From: the human T2T-CHM13v2.0 reference genome, Homo sapiens
Direction: 5' to 3' (one strand)
Length of the DNA stretch: 64,000 nt
Assembly: GCF_009914755.1 (NCBI RefSeq)
Contig: NC_060928.1
Of the stretch, positions 1-14,039 are shown piece after piece (position 1 is the first letter of the stretch; each line of letters starts with the position of its first letter). Under the pieces are notes generated by a model that was not told the origin of the DNA, searched no databases, and saw nothing but the letters and a program-made list of their open reading frames with translations. The translations under genes were made by a program, and so were the position numbers.

Positions 1-336
<336 letters not shown>

Positions 337-504
337 AAGAGGGTCTATTTCTGTTGAATCCATAGACATTTAAAAGCTAACAAGGGAATATTACAAACAA
401 CTCTATGCCCACAAATTTGATAACCAAAATGAAATGGAACAATTCCTTAAGATACAATCCACCAAAACTTACACATAGAAAAACTAATAGTCTAAGTAGA
501 CCTT

Positions 505-1212
505 TGCAATGAAATGAACATTTTTGTGCCCTTAAAATTTATATTTTCAGGCTTGTTGCAGTGGCTTATGCCTGTAATCCCAGCACTTTTGGAGGCAGAG
601 GTGGGAGGATTGCTTAAACTCAGGAGTTCAAGCCTGGAAAATATGGTGAAGTTCTGTCTCTACTAAAAATACAAAAATTAGCCAGGCATGGTGGCATGTG
701 CCTGTAGTCAGAGCTACTCAGGAGGCTGAGGTGAGAGAATCTCTTGAGCCCATGAGGTGAAGGTTGCAGTGAGCTGAGATGGAGCTTCTGCATTTCAGCC
801 TGGGGCCACAGAGCAAGATTCTGTCTCAAATAATAACAATAATAATATAATATATATATATTTCAAAATATTATATATATATATTCAGAGCCTAATCCCA
901 GTATGATGGTCTTTGGAGGTGTGGAGGTGGGGCCTTTGGGAACAGTTAGATTATGAAGGTGGAGTTCTCATGAATGGAATTAGTGCCCTTATAACAAGAG
1001 GTCAGAGAGCTAGGCAGCTCTCTTTCTGCAATGTGAGGACAAGCAAGAAGACCACCCTCTCTAAATGAAGAAGAGGACACTCACCAAGAACCAAACCATG
1101 CTGGCATCCTGATTTAGGATATTTAACCTCCAAAACACCAAGAAATGAATGCTTGTTGTTTAAGTCATTCAGTCTGTGGTAATTTGTGTAGTAGCCTGAA
1201 CTGATTATGATA
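505..1212 (+). mobile_element. MLT1A-like ERVL-MaLR solo LTR, split by an Alu
   Basis: MaLR motifs: gtgcccttaaaatttatat, ggggcctttgggaacagttagattatgaaggtggag, aaccatgctggcatcctgattt, gttgtttaagtcattcagtctgtggtaattt. Confidence 0.8.
550..850 (+). mobile_element. Alu (AluJ-like)
   Basis: ggcttgttgcagtggcttatgcctgtaatcccagcac through a decayed A/TA tail. Confidence 0.92.
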
Positions 1213-3851
1213 TCTTATATCTATAAAAGAAATTAAATCAATAATAAATAACCTTCCAAAACAGAAAGCAGCAAATGAAGATGGGTCTACTATTGAATTC
1301 TACCAAATATTTAAGAAAGAAACCAATTCTTTAAAATCTCTTACAGAAAATAGGAGTGGAGGGAATATTTCCTAATTTATTTTACAAGTCCAGTATTACC
1401 TTAATACCAGAACCATACAAAGACAACACAAGAGAAAACTACAACAAATATCAAACCTAGATACAAAAATCCTCAATAAAATATTAGCAAATCAAATCCA
1501 ACAATGTATAAAAAGAATTATATATCATGACCAAAAGTGATTTATTAGTGTATGAAAATCTAGTTAAATATTCAAAAATCAATTAATGTAATCCATCACA
1601 TCACAAAGCCAAAGAATAAAAATCACGATTATGACAACAGATGCAGAATAAACATTTGACAACCCATTAATGATAAAAACTTTCAGCAAACTAGGGATCG
1701 AGGTGAACTTTCTCAACTTGGTAAAGAATAGCTAAGAAAAATCTACACTTAATATCACACTTAATGACAATTAACTAGAAGCTTTCCTGCTATGGTGAGG
1801 AGGATGTCCTTGCTCATCACTCGTTTTCAATATTGTAATGGAAATTCCAGCTAAAGCAATAAGACAAGAAAAGGAAATAAAAGGTATTAATATTAGGAAG
1901 GAAGAAGTAAAACTTCATTTGCAGATGGCATAATTGTCTACATGGGAAATCTCAAAGAATCAACAAATTACTAAATTAATAAAATATTATTTTCAGTCTG
2001 CAGGATACCAGGTTAATATATAATAGTCAATCACTTTCTTATATGCCAGCAATGAGCATTTGGAATTTGAAATAAAAAACAAAATGTCATTTACATTACC
2101 ATTAGAGAAATGAAATACCTAGGTATAAATCTAACAAAATATACACAAGAACTATATGAAAAACTACAACATTCTGATTAATGAAGTCAGACAAGATCTA
2201 CATAAATGGAGGTACCCCATGTACATGGATAGAAAGAGTCAATATTGTCAAGATGTCAGTTCTTCCCAATTAGATCTATAGTTGCAATGTAATCCCAATC
2301 TAAATCTCAGCCAATTATTTTCAAGTTATCAATAAATTGATTCTAAATTTTATATGGAAAGAAACAGAAAAAATACAACATCAACAGCACGATGTTGAAG
2401 GAGAAGAACAAAGTTGGAGGACTGATATCACCTGACTTTAAGACTTACCACAAAGTTATAGCAATCAAAACAGCGTAATACTGGCAAAAGAATAGACAAA
2501 TAAATCAATGGAACGGAATCGAGAGCGTAGTAATAGAACTACACAAACACAGTCAATTGATCTTTGGCAAAGGAGCAAAAGCAACTCAATGAAAAAAAAA
2601 ACAGCCTTTTAAACCAAAGATGCTGGAACAAGTAGACATCCATAGGCAAAAAAAGAACGAATACAGAAGGAGTTATTATAGCTTTCACAGAAATAAACAC
2701 AAAGGACATCATAGACCTAAATGTAAACCACAAAACTGTAAATATCTTAGGGGATGACATAGGAGAAAAATGTAAGTGATTTTAGGTTTAGTGATGAATT
2801 TTTAGACAGATTACCAAACATATGACTCATGAAAGAAAATATTGATAAGATGGACTTCATTAAAATTAATCATTGCTGCTTGGCAAAAGATGCTGTAAAG
2901 AGAATTAAAAGACAGGCCACCAGCTGGGAGAAAAATCTTTGCAAAACACATATTTGATTAATGACTGGCATCCAAAATATATCAAGATTTCTTAAATATC
3001 TACAGTAATAGAACAGATAACCCAATTAAAAAACGGACAATAAATCTGACCTAACATCTCACCAAAGATGACATAGAGATTATAGATTATCATATGAAAA
3101 AATACTCCACATCATATGTCATTTAAACAACTGAAGGATAAAAGAATAAGATACGTTTACACACTTGTGAGAATGGCAAAAATCCAAAACACTGACAATA
3201 TCAGATGCTGGCAAGGATGTAGAGAAATAGGAGTTCTCATTCATTGATGGGCTGGTAGAGATGCAAAATGGTACAGCCATTTTAGAAAACAGTTTGGCAG
3301 TATTTTATAAAACTAAAAATACATTTGGCATATGATTCTAGGTATTTACCTACATGAATTAAAAACTTTAGACTACACAAAATTTATGGATATTTATGGC
3401 AGTTTCATTCATAATTGCAAATAACTTGGAAACAACCAATATATCCTTCACTAGGCGAATAGATAAATTGTAGCACTTCCATGCAATGTAATGTTTTACA
3501 ACAATAAAAAGTAATGAGCTATCAAGCCATGAAAAGATAAGGAATCTTAAATACATATTATTAGGTAAAAGAAGCTAATTGAAAAGGCTATGTACTATAT
3601 GACTGCAACTATATGACATTTTGGAAAAGACAAAATGTCTATAGAGACAATAAAGTGATCAGTGGTGGCAGAGGTCTAGTACAAGGAGGGAGAGAAGGCA
3701 GAGCACAGGGGATTCTTAGGGCAGTGAGACTATTCTGTACAATACTCTAATAGTAGATAGGTATCATCATACATTTGTCAAAACTCAAAGAATGTGCAAC
3801 ACGATTGATTGACCCCAAATGTAAACTATGGACATTAATAGTAATATATCA

Positions 3852-4179
<328 letters not shown>

Positions 4180-5297
4180 TCAGTTACAACAAATGTATCG
4201 CAACAGGGCAAAATATTAGTAATACCGGAAAGTGTGTGTGGAGGGATGCAGGGTAAATAGAACTCTATGTACTTTCAACTCAATTTTCTATTAATCTAAA
4301 ATGGCTCTAAAAATAATGTCTATTAATTTTTTAAAACCCACCAAAAGGCATACAATCATCTTTTGAAAATGAGTAATTATTAAGCACAAAAATAAAGCAA
4401 TTTAACTACTTTTACTTTCAGGACCAATTCAGCAATTACTTTCAGATATTATTGTTCCTTAAAACACAATGACGCCGAAATATTCCACTGTGTCCTTCCT
4501 TTCTCCTTTCTAAAAACATTTTTCATCAAAGAAAACTTCTCCTACTGAAAAATATTTGGCAAATTATCTGGAAATAAAACTATTTTGCCCTTGCACTTTG
4601 CCACCTCTCAATAAACAAGTTTGTTTTCACCGGAAATCTGATTTTTTGGCTTTTAAACAGAAACACACCAGACTTGTGCTTTGTAACAGAGAAGGAAACT
4701 GAGGGTTGAAGGTCAGACTCTCATTGCAGCAAACACATGAACCCCTCACAGCAGCCAAATGCCCTACAGTTTTCAGAGACACAGTAAAGTGAACTTCCAT
4801 GGAAAAGAACAAAATTCAAAAAGCAGGGGAAATGAAAAAAAAGTTACTGGTAAACAATAACAATAGACTTTGTAATACGTTTGGTTTGTTCGTGTGTGTG
4901 TGTTATAACATATGTATTTACTGACAAACGTTTATAAAATAGAGGGCTACAAGGAATACACAGAAAGAGTTGGACAGAGTTCTTGCTGTCTTTGGAAGAC
5001 AAATTCTTTCTAAGCTTATTTCTTTCCTCATTCAAATTAGATTTAAAGGGTCATATGCAGGGTTGTGAAGCTTAACACAGTCACGAGTGAAAAAAGGAAA
5101 AGGGAGAAGGGAATTGAAGCAAGCTGTATCTTCGAAGCCACAACAAACTTCTTATGTTGAAATAAAAGGTCACATTAAAAGGAAGGAATTGCAACTAAAA
5201 GAAAAGCAAGATTTTATTTTTCTTTGTCACCGCTTCTACTAAATTACTAAGCTGTCAGAAGAAGAAATCTTCCGATTGTTAGATCCACTGCTCTTAC

Positions 5298-5310
5298 CAA
5301 GTGTAGGCAT
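5298..5310 (-). CDS. Candidate coding end of an alternative first exon (Met-Pro-Thr-Leu plus 1 nt, phase 1)
   Basis: Minus strand reads gagtgATGCCTACACTTG|GTAAGAG, with donor GT at 5297-5296. Lies in repeat-free sequence with locally retained CpGs; phase matches the CpG-island exon. Confidence 0.55.
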
Positions 5311-6470
5311 CACTCGATACCGACAGACCCTTTTTTTTCCCAACTGAAGAACACAGGGTGCGGTACAGAGATGGACGCCAGAGCCTGTGCTTGAGCAGCG
5401 CAGAGCGCTCCTGGGGAATTCAGTGAAAGTTGCAAATACAATACAGCCTCAGTTAGGAAAGTAAAGGATACAGACCCCAGAAAAGGTGCAATTCCCTGAC
5501 AAAGTCTGTTTGTCTGCAGCATCAACCACCTTCAAACATTTTTTATTAACTCTATTTTAAAATACAGAACATATTTAGATTTTCTAGAGCCCTAATATCT
5601 TAGTGGTTTGGATTAAAACTGTAGGCTGCAAGGTTAACTCTGCTGCTGCTGCGCTCCTGGGAAACCTGTCATTAGTGTTCTCTTTATCTTCCGTGAAAAA
5701 AAAAAAAAAAAATTCTGAAAAGGACCCGGTACCTGCCTTTAGGTTACTATGCATCAAAACCAACATAAAGCATATTTTCTGATCATATTTATTTTCACAG
5801 CTGCAATCAAACGAGGAAGTAAAGTAGGTGCTTAATATACCAAAAATATTGCGTGCACGTAATTTTCTTTAAAAACCTCATTCATCTTTTTCACGTAAAA
5901 ATTAGAACCAAACACATTCAACAGAATGACATCCAGCAACTCCTCTCCCTAAATTAGCCCCCTCCCTCTCCTTTATATCTCTCTCCAACTCTACTATATT
6001 ACCCTATTTGGAAGCGGGCGGCATCAGGGGAGCCAACTGAGCTATCAAGAAAACCAAACCAAAGGAAAGAAGGAGGTGTGCAGTGAATAGAGAGATGGTA
6101 GAAGAAACAGTGGTTTTGAAGTTTCTGCTGGAGCTGTCTTTCTGTATTATAGGTTTTGAAATAAAGTGTTTCATATTTTTTTTCCAGAAAAATGAAAGTA
6201 CGATAGAGATGTTGAAATCACCAATAAGGAATGGCTACAGTCTGCATAATTTCTAGCTGTTTGGTTTTAGAAAGAGAAACCAGTAGAGATAAAAATCACA
6301 CCTTGTGAAAGTCAGTGATGGGATCTCTTGCTTTTGGGAGGGTGGAAACAGTTATTTCCTTGGCCTGACACACGCTGTCTTACTGCTGGGGCATGCAGCT
6401 GAGTACATTGTTCTCCGCGGTTGTCTACTTGAAAAGTATTTCCAGTCAGAAGAGAGTCACGTGCAGTGTC
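5311..6470 (-). promoter_or_regulatory. Candidate internal promoter and 5' UTR for the 5298-5310 exon
   Basis: Repeat-free with raised CpG density; GC box-like gggcgg at ~6016, CT-rich tract 5940-5990, TTGCGTG/CACGTA motifs at 5849-5897, CACGTG at 6458-6463. TSS cannot be placed from sequence. Confidence 0.45.
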
Positions 6471-8375
6471 TTTGACCTAAATTCTCCATGGTGCTACTAT
6501 TCATTCTTCCCTTCCCTTCACATTATGATTCTTTGCATATACTTTATTATTCATCAGTTCACTCAAAGAACCCCCGTGTAGCTCTAAAATTTATTTAAAA
6601 AAGAAAATTTGTGTCAAAGTCAGCTACTAAAAGCAATAGAAGATTTTTTAAAAAAAATTTGTGATGTATATACATTTAAGAAGAATACAATATTCCAGTG
6701 TATCTATATAAAAATCCAAATTATTTATTTTGCTCAAAAGATTTTGTTTACATTAAAATGCAAAATCACGGATGATTGTTAAATTCATGCCAGTAATTAT
6801 TTCTAAAGAGACTTATAGATAAAAACAACAAAACAATCCTGAACACGGTATTTTAAAACTGATCTTAAATGCAAGCGTTTTCACTTGCAGACTTGCTCTG
6901 CCTTTGATCAACCATACTACCTTGGACAAGCCAATTCACTTGTCTTGGCCTCAGGCTCCACACTATAAAATAAGATGTTTAAGAATAAAATCTGAAATGG
7001 TAATTTACGGTGCTAGGATCTTCATATGTATAGCCTATTATTTAAAATTTAGAGAACATTCTTTGTTAACACAGAGAAAAATAAAATATAAAATATCACA
7101 TTACCTTTGTTTTGGGCTTGTTTCTTTGCATATGTGAATACCTCTGCTTGATGCATGCTTTTTAGTGGTTCGAAACACTCCTTTCCATTGTTATGCAAAG
7201 TTTCCTTTCTTGATTATGAAGGGAAAATTAGTTACTGTCTTTTCTATGCTGTGACAATGTATATCTCTACTCATATTTCTCATGAGCAGTTATATCTATT
7301 ATCTTTCTATACTATTAAACTCAGATCCATGGGGCAGTCAATAGTGCTGAGCATAAACTGAGTGCTCACTAAGTGTTGGTGGAAATGAATGGATGATCAC
7401 ATGACGATCATCTATGTCCATTGATAATCTCACAATGCTATGTCAATGAAAACAAAGTGTGTCCATAACAGTGAACACCCACCTGAAAAGAGATGATTTA
7501 TGGCAAATCATAAACCAGAAGTTTAAAGAAATAGACATGAAAAGGTCCAGAGGATTTAACTTTATAGATGCAACATCTTCTAAAGTCAAAGATTAGATAA
7601 TATCGTGAATATTGAGCCTTGGGGCATTCAGTGTCTACTCTAGGTCTTCAAACCAAAAGCAGTCCACGTCAACAGAGTTTACACAATGAGGAAAAGTTTA
7701 TTCTTAAAAACAAGCATGACCCAAGAAATTATTTAGCTTTTTATCTAATCCCAAAATGAACTTCACAAAGCTTTAGAACACGGTTTTGCTGTTTAACATA
7801 TTGTTGTTTTCAGTAAGGTCCACCTTATGAAAGCTGTGACTCCTTTGAGGTGGTCAAATTAAAATTTTGCAGAAAGCTTACAAATTATCACATGCAAAGT
7901 GAGGTACTTAAAAGGGTCAACTACATAATTAACTTCACTTCCAACTCAGTCATACATGCTAATGAGATCTTGGGACAGGATGAATAAATGCAATTTTCAG
8001 TTAATCCCAAACCACATCATGACTATCAATTGCAATTTTAAAAATTACTAAGCATTCTTCAAAAACACTGTTCTGAAAGAATATTAGAAAGATCTGACTC
8101 AGCTCCCCTGGCTAGCCTCTCAGTGGAGGTGCTAATGAGCAGTGAAATGGCTAAGAAGGGTCTAGAAAGATAAAATAGCAAATGTTTTCCAACCTATTCA
8201 CCCAGACTCTCATTACTCTGGTACACATCTGCGCCACCGCCGCTTGTCTTATCCGCTTTTAATAAATTATCATATGATGCTTTATGCTGACTTTTTTTTC
8301 ACCAGCTTTTATTGCTTCACAGTTTTTAACTCATCATTTTTGGTTTAATAATAATTTGTATTATTAAAACAGCCT

Positions 8376-8688
8376 GGCCTGGCACAGTGGCTCATGCCTA
8401 TAATCCCAGCATTTTGGGAGGCCGAGGCAGGTAGATCACCTGAGGTCAGCAGTTTGAGACCAGCCTGGTCAACACAGTGAAACCCCATCTCTACTAAAAA
8501 TACAGAAAACAGCTGGGCGTGGTGGCGCACACCTGTAATCCCAGCTACTTGGGAAGCTAAGGCAGAATTGCTTGAACCTGTGAAGTGGAGGTTGCAATGA
8601 GCTGAGATCATGCTACTGCACTCCAGCCTGGGAGACAGAGTGAGACTTTGTCTCTAAATAAATAAATAAATAAATAAAAATAAAAATA
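8376..8688 (+). mobile_element. Alu (AluS-like)
   Basis: Full dimer, (TAAA)n tail, TSD aaacagcct. Confidence 0.95.
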
Positions 8689-8764
8689 AACAGCCTGTAT
8701 GGTAGATCCTTTGTTCTGTTTTGTCCCTTTCAGATCCACCCTGAAAAAAGCTTCCTAAATGCCT

Positions 8765-8957
<193 letters not shown>

Positions 8958-9107
8958 TAAAGGGCAATGTGACTATGTCAACTGTCTGTTTAAAATCAAC
9001 AGCTCCAAGCTGCTAGGATAAAATCAAAACTATTCAACATGACCACAAGGCCATGTACATAAGAATCCTATTTATGTCTTCCAGACACCTCTCCTGGTAC
9101 CTTTCCT

Positions 9108-9404
9108 TTATTTTATTTTTGAGACAGGATCTCACCCTGTGCCTCAGGCTGGAGTGCAGTAGCACAGTCTCGGCTCACGGCAGCCTCAATATTCCAAGGT
9201 CAAGCTATCCTCCAGCCTCAGCCTCCTGAGTAGCTGGGACTACAGGCACATGCCACCATGCCCAGCTAATTTTGGTATTTTTTGTAGAGACAGGGGTCTC
9301 CCTATATTGCCCAGGCTGGTCTCAAACTCCTGGGCTCAAGTGATCTGCCTGCCTCAGCCTCCCAAACTGCTGGGATTACAGGCATGAGCCACCGCACCTG
9401 GCCT
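9108..9404 (-). mobile_element. Alu (AluJ-like)
   Basis: Antisense dimer with J-type ctcctgggctcaagtgatc. Confidence 0.93.
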
Positions 9405-10576
9405 ATACATCAGCCAATCTGAACTACTTTCAATTCCCTCAAGTCCATAATCTCCTACCTCTCCACTTTCAGCCTTCACACATGCCTCTCTAATACAACA
9501 AGCTAGTGCCTGCCTGCATTCTCTGCTCATCTGTGCCATACATGATTAGGGGACAGGCTCTGAGCAGCAGCCTCTCTTGCACTTTGCCTGTATACAGGTA
9601 AATCTGTCCAACTCCAAGCTGAAGCATTAATAAGCCCCCTTGGAAAGACTAACTAAAGTTCTTTTCTTCAAAACTCCTCATCAGTAAAAGCAGCTAACAT
9701 TTTTAGCTCCATCTGCCAGAGTGTTTGTCTACAATCCAAACTTGGGTGAGTAACAAGATTTATTGGGTCATGTGGAATACCAATACCTGAGTTGCAGTTG
9801 TCTACTTGCCTTTCTTCCCCATTAGCCTGTAAACATCTGTGATATAACTAACCATGTTTACCTTGATCATGATTATATTTTCAGCATCTAACAGTTTATC
9901 TGGAACATAGTAGGTATATGATGGTCATTCAATCAAAATTTATTTAGCGAGTAAATGAATGGGCACAAAACAACCAAAAAATCCAGACTTCTCAGCATTG
10001 CACTAATGCCTCTAGAATTGCATTTCTCACCAGTTCCTAACTAATTTTTAGAAATATTTAAACACTTACACCTTATTCTAAAACATTATTAGTTCTTATT
10101 GCACTGATTTAGTATTAGATAACTTAATCTATCATAGGTTTAAATGTATCTTTGTTCAACAGAAAAGATTTATTAATCAAAGATAAAGTACTGTAAATGT
10201 AATCATAGAATCTTCAGTGTGAAAATTAGTTTATTAGTTATCTATCAAGAAAAAGCACCCAAAAATAACACTAAATTAATTTCTCTGTAAAAGGTGCTGA
10301 GGTCATTTTAAATGATTTTCATCTGCTTATACCGTTAAAAAGATAAGATTTTTCTTTCCAAAACCATAGTAATAGTGGCTTTCAAGGCTTTTGGTATGCT
10401 AGGAATAAAAAAAACTATGCTATTTGTGTTTGAAAATTCAGTGATTTAGACTGTCTTCTAATTTGGCCTTGTGTTATCCAGTTTTAATAAGTCACCTACC
10501 ATGCTTCACACTGATGTTTTTACCAGGTTTTATTACTTCACAATTTTTAACACATTTGTGGCTTAAATATGTCGTC

Positions 10577-10886
10577 TTTTTTTTTTTTTTTTTCTTGAGA
10601 CGGAGTCTTCCTGTGTCGCCCAGGCTGGAGTGCAGCTGCAAGCTGCACTCGGCTCACTGCAAGCTCCGCCTCCCAAGTTCACGCCATTCTCCTGTCTCAG
10701 CCTCCCAAGTAGCTGGGCTGCAGGCGCCTGCCACCACGCCTGGCTAATTTTTTTTTTTTGTATTTTTAGTAGAGACGGGATTTCACCATGTTAGCCACGA
10801 TGGTCTCGATCTCCTGACCCTGTGATCCTCCCGCCTCGGCCTCCCAAAGTGCTGGGATTACAGGCGTGAGCCACCACGCCCGGCCA
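10577..10886 (-). mobile_element. AluY
   Basis: Y-diagnostic ctgcaagctccgcctcc and ttcacgccattctcc; TSD aatatgtcgtcttt / aatatgttgtcttt. Confidence 0.95.
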
Positions 10887-12506
10887 ATATGTTGTCTTTC
10901 AAACCCCTTTTTTATTATTAAAACTGTCCTTTTTCCTTACCACAGGCAATAGCTAAATAAACATAATATTATAGTGTAACAATGTGGTTCAGAACCAACG
11001 GTAGGGACCATGCATACTCATTAAGTGAAGGTCTACAACAAAGAGGGCAAAGTGCCACCAAGGCTTGACTCTGTGGAAATGGGTACACAGATGAACGGTC
11101 CACTAATAGAAAGCTCCATTGGCCAGGCCCTGCCTTGTGTCAGGGACTAAGGCAGTCCCGTGGAGCTCTCTGCTTCTGACCATCATTGTAACGGTACAAG
11201 TGAGGTAGAACCACCCACACAGAGAAATGACAGCAGAGAACTCAAGTAAAACACACAAATTGCATAACAAGTAAGTAGAATGCCTAGATTTAAGCATAAA
11301 AGGACAGAATTGAATAAATCAAGAAAAATAAAACAAATAGACAACCCTGCATTCCATAATGGTGTTGGATATAAGAAGTATAGGTGAATTTGCATAATTA
11401 AGCTATTGGAAACTATCCAGATCTTTAAAATTATATAAATGTTCTACAAGCTAATATGTTAATAAACTCATTCAAATAAGGTCAAAACATTGTATTCTTA
11501 AATAAATAATTAATAGGCAAATCAAAGAAATAGAAGAGTGTGAACAACTGGTCTCCAAAAGACAACATATCTGAGACAAGAATTCATCAAAGTTAGACTT
11601 TGGAATATGACATGACTGTAAAGTAGCCAGACTGATTTTTTATGTCCTAATAATGGAAATTCCTATCACAAATTGAAAATCAGTGTTCACACCTTTAGTA
11701 TTCCTACAATGGATAAAACAGTCATGTACGCCCAAAGTTTAGCTGTATTTTATTTAGTACTTTCTTGTCAGCATGCTGACAAATACTACAAAAAATGAAC
11801 AACTTTTCTTTCAATGTTTTGTCTTTTAGGGAAAATAAAACTCTTCTTGCTCTAATAATATCTTGAAATATGGGTTTTAATTTACATAAGCTCTTCATAC
11901 CTGTTAGAAAAGCCTAGATATTCCTAGTGAATGGAAACATACTATATTCTTCCTAATATCTAAAAATAGTAATACATTATTTGATACATATCTTAAATCA
12001 AATTCTTACCAAAAATGCCTTGTGATTACAAACTTGTATTCATACAAAATAATATTTATATAAAAAGTTAAAGACAATCTTAATAATTCTCTTCTTCCTT
12101 CCCATATCATTAGCCTTACAGTGAGGCTATTAACTTCACATTATCAGGAAAAGTGTATAAAACTATATTCAATGTCTACGTGATGCAGTAACATTATGCT
12201 TAAATTCAAGTAGAGATTCCTGGTTCTTCTTAAGAGGTGATAGTTTATAATCAAATGGCAGAAAGAAAGTGTGACTCCCAACTGAACTCTTTTTAACCTT
12301 CTTGAATTCCTAAACACTTCTGCTCAGTAGTCTCCCTTCGCATGCGCACCACTTAACCCTCCAAATACTATGTGGTCCTACTTCAATGCTGTCAGGTTCA
12401 AAGGTTTCTCCAAATTTTCCAAACATTTAAAAGTAAATATGTATTGTTACTTTTTTCAAGATGCTAAACAAAGTTTTAAGAAATAATACCATTTTTGATG
12501 TGCTAT

Positions 12507-12868
12507 TGTATTAGCCTGTTTTCACCCTGCTATAAAGATACTACCCAAGACTGGGTAATTTATAAAAGAAATAGGTTTAATTGACTCACAGTTCCACATG
12601 GCTGGGGAAGCTTCAGGAAACTTACAATCATGGCAGAAGGTGAAAGGGAAGCAGGCACCTTCTTCACGAGGAGGCAGGAGAGAGAAGTAATAGAAGGGAG
12701 ACTTCCAAACACTTATAAAACTATCAGATCTCGTGAGAACTCACTAACTATCATGAGAACAGCATGGGGAAAACCAATTGCCTGATCAAACACCTCCCTT
12801 CCTCGACAGGTGGGGCTTACAAAATTTGAGATGAGATTTGGGTGGGGACACAGAGCCAAACCATATAA
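12507..12868 (-). mobile_element. THE1/MST (ERVL-MaLR) solo LTR
   Basis: tgtattagcctgttttcac...gagatttgggtggggacacagagccaaaccatata; 5-bp TSD gctat at 12502-12506 and 12869-12873. Confidence 0.92.
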
Positions 12869-13094
12869 GCTATCATTTAGTATTTTCTTTTAGAGTACCC
12901 AAAAAAAGATCAGTCCCTTCCCCTCTTGCCTCCACATACCTTCTTCCCACTCAGGCCAGACTGTGACTTAAGAGAGAAATAAATCACTTGTGTGAGCCAC
13001 TGAGATGTACTATTATTATTTTTTACAATGAGTCAATGCTGAAAAAACAAATAATATGGCAATAAACAACCATAGTGTCTAATTCAAGTACTTT

Positions 13095-13280
13095 CAACCA
13101 GATATTCAGGCTTAGCTGCATATTGGATTCAAGTACTATAGGTTTTTCAAAAAATACCAATATCTGAGTTTTAATCTGAATCAACTGAAACTCTATCTCA
13201 ATAGGTAAGCCAAATAGCCCTAGTTTTTAAAAGCTCTCTAAGTGAGTCTGATGCATTAGTGAGAGTTAAGAACCGCTGCT
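13095..13280. mobile_element. MER5A-like hAT DNA transposon
   Basis: cttagctgcatattgga...tttttaaaagctctctaagtgagtctgatgc...gagttaagaaccgctg. Confidence 0.6.
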
Positions 13281-13857
13281 AATCGTGGAGCTGCATTAAC
13301 TCAATCATAGTAAAGGTGGTATCTTTGCAGTGTTGTATCTATTTTATCAAAGCCCATGTAAAGCCTAAAACTGTCCATTTAAAGCAAAAAAAAAAAAAAT
13401 CCAAATTGAATTCTGGAAACCTTGCTTTAAAATTCCAATAAATATTTCACAATTGCTCCATTTATTCCTCAACTTCAGGCAAATGCTAGCTTTCCCTTAA
13501 TTAAAATAAATATCTGGTCAGAATAGAAGCTCGTTTTTACCAAGAAACAACTGCCACAACAATGTAAAGACTGACTACAGTTTCATGAGGTGTAAGTTTA
13601 ACAACACTGAAGACTACTTGGATTCTATTTCAATTCCATAAACTAACGACTTGTTTTTCAAGCAAGCATCAATTTATATTACTGAATATTTAATCACCAT
13701 ACTGCCTGAAAGGTTATTTAAACACAACTTTTCCAGGTGGTATAGGATGAGCAAAAACTGTCACATCAACTGAGTCAATTATTCCGTTCTTAAGTTCAGC
13801 AGCCTATTACTAAAGCAGAGTCAAAAGTAAATATCAATCATACTAAAATTTTATATG

Positions 13858-14039
13858 CATATGCCAAGTGTTCCCATTGTTCAATTCCCACCTATGAGTG
13901 AGAACATGTGGTGTTTGGTTTTTTGTCCTTGCGATAGTTTGCTGAGAATGATGGTTTCCAGCTTCATCCGTGCAACAAACCTGCATGTTGTGCACATGTA
14001 CCCTAGGACTTAAAGTATAATAAAAAAAATACATATAAA
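13858..14039 (+). mobile_element. Very short 5'-inverted L1PA insertion
   Basis: Antisense L1 3' UTR (13858-13970) fused to the sense terminal piece and A tail; TSD aaaattttatatg (13845-13857) / aaaactttatatg (14040-14052). Confidence 0.88.
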
